Positions 9,558 to 17,735 of a stretch of DNA of 64,000 bases are shown here, in pieces. The DNA comes from Gemmatimonas sp. (GTDB lineage: Bacteria; Gemmatimonadota; Gemmatimonadetes; Gemmatimonadales; Gemmatimonadaceae): contig OZ257156.1 in assembly GCA_965279375.1 (NCBI GenBank), forward strand, positions 2,112,001 to 2,176,000, written 5' to 3'. The translations under genes were made by a program, and so were the position numbers. Position 1 is the first letter of the stretch, and each line of letters opens with the position of its first letter. The notes beneath the pieces are model-generated. The model ran no database searches. It was not told the origin of the DNA and worked only from the letters and a program-made list of their open reading frames with translations.

Positions 9558-12500
9558 ATGACTACGCCGATGCGAACGCGCGTGCGCCGAGTGCTGGGCG
9601 CAGCCCGACTGGCGGCGCTGCTGCTCGGCGCGGGCGCAGCGACCGCCTGTCGTGGCATCAGCGATCTCACGGGACCGACACCGATCGGGACGGCGGTCGC
9701 GTCGGTGGAGCTGTCCATCGATGTGCTGTCGCTGACCGAAGGCGGCACTGCCGCGTTGCAGGTGACTGCGCGCGACGACAAGCGGCAGACGATCAGCGAT
9801 CGCAAGATCGTCTGGTCGAGCAGCGACACCTCCGTGGCGATCGTGTCGGCGGCCGGACTTGTCTCCGCCGTGCGTCCCGGTACCGCGCAGATTGCGGTGA
9901 CTGTGGAAGGGCAGAGCGCCGTCGCGCGCTTGACCGTGCTGGCGCGCACCGTGGCCAGCGTGACGATCACGCCCACGACGCCCTCGGTGCTGGTTGGCGG
10001 ATTTCTGCGACTGAGTGCGCGCACGGTTGATGGAAGTGGCACCGTGCTCACCGATCGCCCGGTGTTCTGGAATAGCAGCGATCCACGCGTGGTGGTGGTC
10101 GATCCGAGTGGGCTGTTGACCGGTATCGCGCCGGGTGGAGCGACGGTGACGGCCACCAGTGAAGCGCGCAGCGCGACCGTCGGTGTGACCGTCTTGGCGG
10201 TCCCGGTGGCGTCGGTGCGCGTACAGCCGGTGCGCGATACGCTGATCGTCGGACAGACCTCGCAACTCACAGCCACGCCGCTCGATTCGGCGGGCACACC
10301 GCTCACCGACCTGGTGACCTGGACGTCGAGCCAGCCGACGGTCGCGACCGTGTCATCGTCCGGCTTTGTCGCTGGCGTGGCGCAGGGCACCGCGACGATT
10401 ACCGCAGCAAGCGGCGGCCGTTCTGCCACGGCGAGCATCGTGGTGCTCTCGCGTCCGGTGGGTGCGGTCATCGTGTCGCCCGCGCAGGCGTCGCTCATCG
10501 TCGGGCAAACCGTTCGACTCGGCGTGCAGATCACCGACGCGGCCGGCAATCTGCTCACAGGACGCCCGATCACCTTCGCCAGCAGCAACGTCGATGTCGC
10601 GACGGTCGCGGCAGACGGCACCGTCAGCGCGCTCGACGTGGGCAGAACGAACATCACCGTCGCCAGTGAAGGGAAGACGACCGTCGTTGCCATCACTGTA
10701 TCGCCTTCGCCGATTGCGACGCTGCGTTTGACTCCGACCACGGCCGCGCTGTTGGTGGGCGCCTCCACGAGGTTGCTCGTGGACGCACTCGATGCGAGCG
10801 GCAATGTGCTCGGGCAGCGGGTGGTCACCTGGCGCTCCGGCGCGCCCAACATCGCGCGCGTCGGCACGGACGGAACAGTCACGGCACTCGCGGCCGGCAC
10901 CGCAATCATTTTCGCGACCTCAGAAGGACGCATCGCCACGGCGACGATCACTGTAACCGCGCTCACCGCACGCAGCGTCAGCATCTCGCCGGCGACCGCG
11001 ACACTGATCATTGGCGATGCCGTCGATCTGACGGCGACCGCCCGTGACGGCGCGGGGCAGTTGCTCAGCACCCGCCCGATTACCTGGAGCTCCAGCAATC
11101 CTGCCGCTGCGGTCGTCTCGAGCGGCGGACGCGTGCGCAGCGTCGCGCCGGGTACGGCGCGCATCGATGCCGTGATCGATGGTGTGACCGGATCGAGCAA
11201 CGTCACCGTGTTGAACATTCCCGTGGCCACGGTGCTGGTGACCATGGCTTCGTCGCTGATTGTGGGGCAGGGCACCACCGCGTCGGTCACGCTGCGCGAT
11301 GCTGCGGGCAACATCCTGCTCGGTCGCGCGGTGTTGTGGAGCAGCTCCAATCCTGCCGTCGCGAGCATCGGCAACGCCTCGGGGGACATTGTCGCGGTGT
11401 CGCCCGGTTCCACGACCATCACGGCGTTCAGCGAAGGGAAGACGGGATCGGCCACGTTGACAGTGCTACCCATTCCGGTGGCGTCGGTCTCCGTCACGCT
11501 TGGCGTCGGGTCGCTGTTCGTCGGCTCGACCACGTCGAGCACGGTCGTGTTGCGTGACGCCAATGGCAACGTGCTGACCGGTCGCCCGATCACCTTCACG
11601 AGCTCAAACAACTCCGTCGCAACGGTGGACGCCGGTGGTGTCGTGACCGCCGTGGGGCCGGGCGTGGCCACCATCACTGCCACCAGCGGCACCGCATCAG
11701 GCTCTGCGGGCATCACAGTGGCGCTGGTGCCGGTCGCGTCGGTGAGCGTTGCCCTCGGCAACGGTACGCTGTTCGTGGGCGCCAGCACACAAGCCGTCGC
11801 CGATCTGCGCGACGCCAATAACAACGTGCTCACGGGACGCGTGGTCACATGGGTCAGCTCCAATCCTTCCGTCGCCACCGTCAGCAATTCGGGTGGCGTG
11901 GTGGCCGTGGGGCCCGGCACCGCGAGCATCACGGGATCGAGCGGCGGACAGAGCGGTTCCGCGAGCATCACCGTACTGCAGGTGCCGGTCGCGTCGGTCT
12001 CCGTGACGCCGTCCACGCAGAGCATCGTGCTCGGCGGTGGTGGATCCGTCACCGCCACTCCGCTCGATGCGTCGGGCGGCGTACTCACCGGTCGTGTCAT
12101 CACCTACGCCAGCTCCGACGTGAGCGTAGTGACCGTGAGCAGCACGGGCGCGCTCACGGCAGTCAGCATCGGCAGCGCGACCATCACCGCGACCAGTGAA
12201 GGCCAGTCTGGCACCGCGTCGGTGAGCGTGATTCCGCCACCGGTGGCCACGGTCAACGTGGGGTTGGGCGCAGGATCGCTTGACGAGGGACTCACAACGA
12301 CCGCGACGGCCGTGACGCTCGACGCTGCGGGTAACGTGCTCGTCGGCCGCGTAGTCACCTTCTCGAGTTCGAATCCGACCGTGGCCAGCGTGGGTCCATC
12401 GGGCACCGTGACGGCAATCAGTATCGGCACGACGGACATCATCGCCACCAGTGAAGGCAAGACCGGTCGTGCCACGTTCAGCGTGACGCGGCCGCCGGTG

Positions 12501-12749
12501 GAAACGGTGATCGTCACGATCGGCGCCGCCACGATCGTCGTCGGCCAAGGAACGTCGGCCGCCGCGGAATTGCGCGACGCCCAGAATCGCGTGCTGACAG
12601 GGCGCGTCTGCACCTGGAGCAGTTCGAATCCGGCCATTGCGGTGGTGACCAATAGTGGTGCCGTTGATGGCATTGCTGTGGGTTCGGTCTCCATCACTGC
12701 CACCTGCGAAGGCAAGTCCGGATCCGTCGGCGTCACGGTGATTCCATGA
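9558..12749 (+). CDS. Lipoprotein with 12 bacterial Ig-like group 2 (Big_2) repeats
   Basis: Lipobox-like ATAC; twelve repeats of about 85 aa with W/F/YxSSxxxVATV...GxVxxVxxGxATITA. Confidence 0.9.
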   Translation: MTTPMRTRVRRVLGAARLAALLLGAGAATACRGISDLTGPTPIGTAVASVELSIDVLSLTEGGTAALQVTARDDKRQTISDRKIVWSSSDTSVAIVSAAGLVSAVRPGTAQIAVTVEGQSAVARLTVLARTVASVTITPTTPSVLVGGFLRLSARTVDGSGTVLTDRPVFWNSSDPRVVVVDPSGLLTGIAPGGATVTATSEARSATVGVTVLAVPVASVRVQPVRDTLIVGQTSQLTATPLDSAGTPLTDLVTWTSSQPTVATVSSSGFVAGVAQGTATITAASGGRSATASIVVLSRPVGAVIVSPAQASLIVGQTVRLGVQITDAAGNLLTGRPITFASSNVDVATVAADGTVSALDVGRTNITVASEGKTTVVAITVSPSPIATLRLTPTTAALLVGASTRLLVDALDASGNVLGQRVVTWRSGAPNIARVGTDGTVTALAAGTAIIFATSEGRIATATITVTALTARSVSISPATATLIIGDAVDLTATARDGAGQLLSTRPITWSSSNPAAAVVSSGGRVRSVAPGTARIDAVIDGVTGSSNVTVLNIPVATVLVTMASSLIVGQGTTASVTLRDAAGNILLGRAVLWSSSNPAVASIGNASGDIVAVSPGSTTITAFSEGKTGSATLTVLPIPVASVSVTLGVGSLFVGSTTSSTVVLRDANGNVLTGRPITFTSSNNSVATVDAGGVVTAVGPGVATITATSGTASGSAGITVALVPVASVSVALGNGTLFVGASTQAVADLRDANNNVLTGRVVTWVSSNPSVATVSNSGGVVAVGPGTASITGSSGGQSGSASITVLQVPVASVSVTPSTQSIVLGGGGSVTATPLDASGGVLTGRVITYASSDVSVVTVSSTGALTAVSIGSATITATSEGQSGTASVSVIPPPVATVNVGLGAGSLDEGLTTTATAVTLDAAGNVLVGRVVTFSSSNPTVASVGPSGTVTAISIGTTDIIATSEGKTGRATFSVTRPPVETVIVTIGAATIVVGQGTSAAAELRDAQNRVLTGRVCTWSSSNPAIAVVTNSGAVDGIAVGSVSITATCEGKSGSVGVTVIP

Positions 12750-14395
12750 CCACGCGTTTGCAGAGTGCTGGCACGATGCAGCGGTGCGTCGCGCGGACAA
12801 CGCGTTTCGCGTCGGTAATCGCTGCCGTGCTGCTGCTGGGCTCCTGCACCGAAGCCACGGTGGAAACGGTGCCGGTGACGACGGTGGTACTGACGCCCAC
12901 GTCGGCGGCCCTGCGCGTTGGCGCCACGACGGCACTCGTGGCGCGCTCATTCGACGCGAACAGCAATCCGGTCGACGCGGGCTTCACCTGGTCCACCAGC
13001 AATCGTCTCGTGGCCACGGTGTCCGGCAACGGCATCGTCACCGCGATTGCGCCCGGCGATGTCCAGATCGCCGTCAGCACGCTCGGCAAGAGTGCGACCG
13101 CCTCGATCACCGTGACGCCGAGGACGGTCGCGACCGTGCAGGTGTCGCCGGCCACGGTGACGACGCGCGTGGGTGCAACCGTACCGCTGCAAGCCATCAC
13201 GCTCGACGATGAGGCAGGCGCGCTCACCGGACGGGCGATCACGTGGGCCAGCAGCAACATCGCCATCGCCACCGTGAATGCGCAGGGTGTCGTGACCGGC
13301 ATCGCGCCAGGTGCGGCGACGGTGACGGCAACCAGCGAAGGGCGGGTGGGGCAATCGGCGGTGACGGTCACCGTGCCGCCGGTGCAGACAGTCACCGTGT
13401 CGCCCGCGGCCGACACCGTCGCCGTTGGCATCGATCGTCCGCATACCGTGTTGCTGCGCGACGCGAGCGGAGCAACGCTCACCGGACGCGCGGTGGCGTG
13501 GAGCTCGAGCAACGTGGCGGTGGCCACCGTGACGTCCACTGGTACCGTCACGGGACGTTCACCGGGGACGGCGACGATCGCGGCGACCAGCGAGGGACGC
13601 GTCGGCACGGCCAACGTGATCATTCTTGCGCGTCCCGCCGATGCAGTTACGCTGACGCCGGAGACGGCGACGCTGGTCGTCGGCACGACGCAACGGTTAA
13701 CCACGCAAGTCACTGACGCGATTGGCAATCTGGTGCCGGGTCGACAGGTGACCTACACGAGCAGCGCCGCGACCATCGCGCGCGTGGACACTGCGGGGCT
13801 CGTGACGGCTGTCGCCGCTGGCACGGCGCGCATCACGGCGACGAGTCAGGGCAAGAGCGCGGTCGCCACCATCACGGTGATTCCGGTGCCGGTCGCGACG
13901 GTCACGATGAATGTCACCGCCGCGACAGTGCTCACCGCGGCCACACGCCAGCTCTCGGTTGTGTCGCGTGCGGCCGACGGCACGACGTTGGCGGGACGCA
14001 CGGTCGCGTGGACGACGGGCGCCCCGGGCGTGGCAAGCGTGTCCAATACGGGACTGGTCACCGGTGTCTCGCCCGGCGTCGCGATCATCCTGGCGACAGT
14101 GGAAGGCATCACGGCTACGTCGACCATCACGGTCGCACTGCCAACGGTCGCCTCGGTGTCATTGACGCCGGCGACGCCAACGGTGGCCGTCAACGGCAAT
14201 CTGCAGCTCACCGCAACCCCGCTCAACAGCGCCGGAACTGCACTCACGGGACGCTCCGTGGCGTGGTCATCGGCTGACGAAAGCATCGCGTTCGTGTCCA
14301 GCACCGGCCTCGTGGTCGGATTCAAGGCGGGCACGGTCCGCATTACGGCCTTAGTGGAGGGAGTCAGTGCCTCGGTGCTCGTCACAGTTCGATAA
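12746..14395 (+). CDS. Lipoprotein with 6 Big_2 repeats
   Basis: ATGA overlap; lipobox LGSC; six Big_2 repeats. Confidence 0.9.
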   Translation: MTTRLQSAGTMQRCVARTTRFASVIAAVLLLGSCTEATVETVPVTTVVLTPTSAALRVGATTALVARSFDANSNPVDAGFTWSTSNRLVATVSGNGIVTAIAPGDVQIAVSTLGKSATASITVTPRTVATVQVSPATVTTRVGATVPLQAITLDDEAGALTGRAITWASSNIAIATVNAQGVVTGIAPGAATVTATSEGRVGQSAVTVTVPPVQTVTVSPAADTVAVGIDRPHTVLLRDASGATLTGRAVAWSSSNVAVATVTSTGTVTGRSPGTATIAATSEGRVGTANVIILARPADAVTLTPETATLVVGTTQRLTTQVTDAIGNLVPGRQVTYTSSAATIARVDTAGLVTAVAAGTARITATSQGKSAVATITVIPVPVATVTMNVTAATVLTAATRQLSVVSRAADGTTLAGRTVAWTTGAPGVASVSNTGLVTGVSPGVAIILATVEGITATSTITVALPTVASVSLTPATPTVAVNGNLQLTATPLNSAGTALTGRSVAWSSADESIAFVSSTGLVVGFKAGTVRITALVEGVSASVLVTVR

Positions 14396-14408
14396 GGTGC
14401 GCATCCCG

Positions 14409-15536
14409 ATGCGACTACTCGCTGCGGTGTGCGCGGTCGCGGCGCTGAGTGTGCGCGCCGACGCACAGCTGCTCGCGCCCAAGCGCGTGCTCACCACCGG
14501 CCCCGCACCCGGTTGCGAGGTCAGTACGTCGGCGCAGACCACGGTTGCTCGTCGAGACAACGTCGAAGCGCGCCGTTTGGCGGCGGTTGGGCAGGAGGCC
14601 GCACTCATCGGCGATCAGACGGCAGCGCGCGATGCGTTTGCCAAAGCCGCCGCACTCAATCCCACCGACGAACGCGTCGCCTACGACCTGGCGCGCGCGC
14701 ACGAAGAGCTCTCGGAGTCGGCCAAGGCCGTGACCGAGTTCTGTCGCTATCTCACGCTCTCGCCAGCGGGACGCGAAGCGGCCGACGTGCGCGCCCGTCT
14801 GTTGCGCCTCGTGCCCGCGCCAGAAGTAAAGCGTGCGCAGGATGTCCAGGTGGCCTTCCGACTCGGCCTCGGTCTCTTCGACGACGGCAACTACTCCGCC
14901 TCTGCACGCGCCTTCGACGACGTGGTGCGTTCTGCGCCGACCGCCGCCGAAGCGGTCTACAATCGCGGGCTCGCTCGTGCAGCGTCGGGCAACCGCGCGG
15001 ACGCCGTCAAGGACCTCGAGCTCTTTCGCGCCGCCGCGCCCACCGTGGACGATCGCGTTGCCGTTGGTCGCGCGATCGAAACGTTGCGGCGTCCTGTGTA
15101 CAACCCGGGTGTGGCCTTCGCGGCGGGGCTGCTGCCGGGCTTCGGACAATTCGCGACCGGGCGGCCGATCGGTGGGTTCGTCGTGCTGCTCGCTGCAGCC
15201 GGCTCGGCGGGTGCGAGCTTCATGCAGCGCACCACGGAAACCACGGTGCCGTACGTCGATCCCAATGGCCAGCCGGCGCCGTACACGCGCTCATCGACTG
15301 AGCGTCCGTATCTCGTGCCGGGACTCGCGGCGGCGGGTGGTGTGACGCTCATCGCACTGATTGAAGCGGTGGTGCACGCGAACCGTTCGCAGCGCTACGC
15401 ATCGGTTGTGGCCAAGCGCGGTGCCAATGCTCCTGCAGCTGCGCCCGCCGCAACGCCACCGTCACCTGGTTTCGCTGTGACGCCGCTCATCGACCGAAAC
15501 GGACGCACGGGACTACTCTTCAGCAGACGCTTCTAG
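14409..15536 (+). CDS. Exported TPR protein with C-terminal hydrophobic segments
   Basis: Signal peptide ending RADAQ; TPR-like helices (AFAKAAALNP, AVYNRGLARA); LLPGFGQF membrane motif. Confidence 0.75.
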   Translation: MRLLAAVCAVAALSVRADAQLLAPKRVLTTGPAPGCEVSTSAQTTVARRDNVEARRLAAVGQEAALIGDQTAARDAFAKAAALNPTDERVAYDLARAHEELSESAKAVTEFCRYLTLSPAGREAADVRARLLRLVPAPEVKRAQDVQVAFRLGLGLFDDGNYSASARAFDDVVRSAPTAAEAVYNRGLARAASGNRADAVKDLELFRAAAPTVDDRVAVGRAIETLRRPVYNPGVAFAAGLLPGFGQFATGRPIGGFVVLLAAAGSAGASFMQRTTETTVPYVDPNGQPAPYTRSSTERPYLVPGLAAAGGVTLIALIEAVVHANRSQRYASVVAKRGANAPAAAPAATPPSPGFAVTPLIDRNGRTGLLFSRRF

Positions 15537-15598
15537 CGGACGCTGTTGCGAGTGTGAACGGCGAACGCAGCTAACCCACCGTTTCGCCGTCGCCCATC

Positions 15599-17512
15599 AT
15601 GTCGCTCCGCCCGCGCGTTCTCGCCCTGCTCGCTCTCGTCGCCGTGAGCGCCTGTCGAGAGTCGTCCAGCACGGCGCCGTCCACAGGGCAGTTGTCGGTG
15701 TCCATGGCCGGGCTGCCTGCGGGTGTGAAACCGTTGGTTACCGTGAGCGGCCCGTCGTCGTTTCGCGCGACGCTGGACAGTGCAACCACGCTGACAGCCT
15801 TGCCTGCTGGTGACTTCACCGTCGTTGCGAGCGATGTGACGGCCGGGACGGTGCGCTACGGCGGCACACCTGCCACGCAGACGGTCACCGTCGCGCGAGA
15901 TGGCGTGACGACGGCCAGCCAGATTCTGTATGGCGTATCCAGCGCACGACTGACCGTCACCGTGAGCGGCTTGCCCGCGGGCTCGAACGCGAGCGTGACG
16001 ATCACTGGTCCGCGCGGCTACACGCGAACGATCAACGGCACCACGCAGATCGATCTGCTCGAACCGGGCACCTACACCATCGCCGCCGCCGACGTCGCGG
16101 TTGGCGCGAGTACGTATCGCGCGGTCGCCGCCACGCAGGTGATCGGGCTGTCTTCGTCACTGCAGTCCGTAGCGGCGAACGTGGAGTATGGCGCCGGACT
16201 CGCGACGATGCGCGTGAATGTGACAGGCCTGCCGTTCGATGTGCCGGCGGCGATCGACGTGACAGGCCCGAATGGCTTTGCGCGCCGAGTTTCGGCGTCG
16301 GCGGTCTTCGGACGGCTCGAAGCGGGCACGTACACCATCGCTGCGAACGTCGTGGGCAGCGTGCTGACGACCCACACGCCCACGCCCGCGCGGCGCACCG
16401 TCGTGCTCACGGGCAGCGATACGACCACGGCCGCCGTCGTGTACGACAGCGCGCCGTTGCAACTCGCGCTGCAGCCCTTCGCCAGTGGACTCACGCAACC
16501 CGTATTCCTCTCGGCGCCGCCGGGCGACACGCGACAGTTCATCGTGGAACGTGGCGGGCGCATCAAGCTGGTGATCAACGGCGCGATCCAGTCGACGCCG
16601 TTTCTCGATATCAGCAGCCGAGTGAACAATCAGGGCGAACGCGGTCTGCTGGGTATGACGTGGGATCCGGCGTATGCCGCAAACGGCTGGTTGTATGTGT
16701 TCTACGTGGCGCTCAACGGCAATGTGGTCGTGGAGCGCGTAGGATCCACGCCGGGCGCAAACGTGGCGAGCAACACGGGTACCGTCGTCATCAGCATTCC
16801 GCATGGTGGAAGCGAGCACCATGGTGGCCTGATCGAGTTTGGTCCGGACGGCATGCTGTATCTCGCACCCGGCGACGGTGCGTGCTGTGGTGACCCGAAG
16901 AACAACGCGCAGAATCTCGGATCGCTTCTGGGCAAGGTGCTGCGCATCGATGTGCGCACGCTGCCGTATCGCGTGCCGAATGACAATCCGTTCGTATTGC
17001 AGGCTGGTGCGCAGCCGGAAATCTGGGCGTATGGCCTGCGCAATCCGTGGCGCTCCTCATTCGACACACCTACCGGCACGCTCTACATCGGAGACGTGGG
17101 GCAGGATGCGCGCGAAGAGGTCAACGCTGGACCGGCGCAGACGAGCGGCATCAACTACGGCTGGCCGTACACCGAAGGAACCGCCTGCTATAGCCCCGCG
17201 GTGAACTGCACGGCGGGGCGCAACCTCACGCTGCCGGTGCTCGACTACGCGCACGCCGACGGCTGCTCCGTCATTGGCGGCTACGTCTATCGCGGCGCGG
17301 CGATTCCCGAACTTGTCGGGCACTACCTGTACGCGGACTTCTGTCGCGGTTGGGTGCGCAGCTTTCAGCTCAGCAACGGACGTGCGACGGAGCCACGCAG
17401 CTGGAACGGCCTGACGCTCCCGTTCACGAATTCATTCGGTCGCGATGGTGCCGGCGAGTTGTACATGATCTCGGGCAGCAGCATCTCGCGCATCGTGCGA
17501 CTGGTGCGCTAG
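15599..17512 (+). CDS. Lipoprotein: three Ig-like repeats + PQQ-dependent glucose/sorbosone dehydrogenase (GSDH) propeller
   Basis: Lipobox VSAC; GERGLLG, HHGG, FGPDGMLY, GKVLRID, WAYGLRNPWR, GDVGQ, NYGWP. Confidence 0.87.
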   Translation: MSLRPRVLALLALVAVSACRESSSTAPSTGQLSVSMAGLPAGVKPLVTVSGPSSFRATLDSATTLTALPAGDFTVVASDVTAGTVRYGGTPATQTVTVARDGVTTASQILYGVSSARLTVTVSGLPAGSNASVTITGPRGYTRTINGTTQIDLLEPGTYTIAAADVAVGASTYRAVAATQVIGLSSSLQSVAANVEYGAGLATMRVNVTGLPFDVPAAIDVTGPNGFARRVSASAVFGRLEAGTYTIAANVVGSVLTTHTPTPARRTVVLTGSDTTTAAVVYDSAPLQLALQPFASGLTQPVFLSAPPGDTRQFIVERGGRIKLVINGAIQSTPFLDISSRVNNQGERGLLGMTWDPAYAANGWLYVFYVALNGNVVVERVGSTPGANVASNTGTVVISIPHGGSEHHGGLIEFGPDGMLYLAPGDGACCGDPKNNAQNLGSLLGKVLRIDVRTLPYRVPNDNPFVLQAGAQPEIWAYGLRNPWRSSFDTPTGTLYIGDVGQDAREEVNAGPAQTSGINYGWPYTEGTACYSPAVNCTAGRNLTLPVLDYAHADGCSVIGGYVYRGAAIPELVGHYLYADFCRGWVRSFQLSNGRATEPRSWNGLTLPFTNSFGRDGAGELYMISGSSISRIVRLVR

Positions 17513-17517
17513 CCGCG

Positions 17518-17697
17518 CTACCGCTGCTTGGGCGGCAGCTTGGGCGGCGGAGCGACCGGACGATCCTCATCGTCGTTCACAATGGCGCCCCAGTCCTTCT
17601 TGGGTGCGCCACGCTTCACTCCGCCGTGCTGTTTGGGCTTCTCCACGATCTTGGTCGTCGAGCGCTTGCGCCCCTGACCGCCCTTGCCGCCTTTCAT
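17518..17697 (-). CDS. Small basic Lys/Gly/Pro-rich hypothetical protein (59 aa)
   Basis: ATG at 17697 with GGAG upstream; fills the gap after the S9 peptidase; G/C-ending codons. Confidence 0.55.
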   Translation of the reverse strand: MKGGKGGQGRKRSTTKIVEKPKQHGGVKRGAPKKDWGAIVNDDEDRPVAPPPKLPPKQR

Positions 17698-17735
17698 CGA
17701 TCCGTCTCCACGAAGTCGTGCACTATCGGTGGGCG

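Noticed and set aside
9254..12103. 949-aa minus-strand ORF, and similar ones at 12104-12736 and 12733-13728
   Set aside because: Antisense shadows of the Val/Thr/Ala/Ser-rich Big_2 genes; such codons rarely give antisense stops in high-GC DNA, and there are no independent motifs.
8515..14395. Periodic DNA similarity that could suggest a CRISPR array or DGR repeat pair
   Set aside because: The periodicity is protein-level (RCC1, Big_2) with synonymous divergence; no identical repeat-spacer pattern, cas gene or reverse transcriptase was seen.
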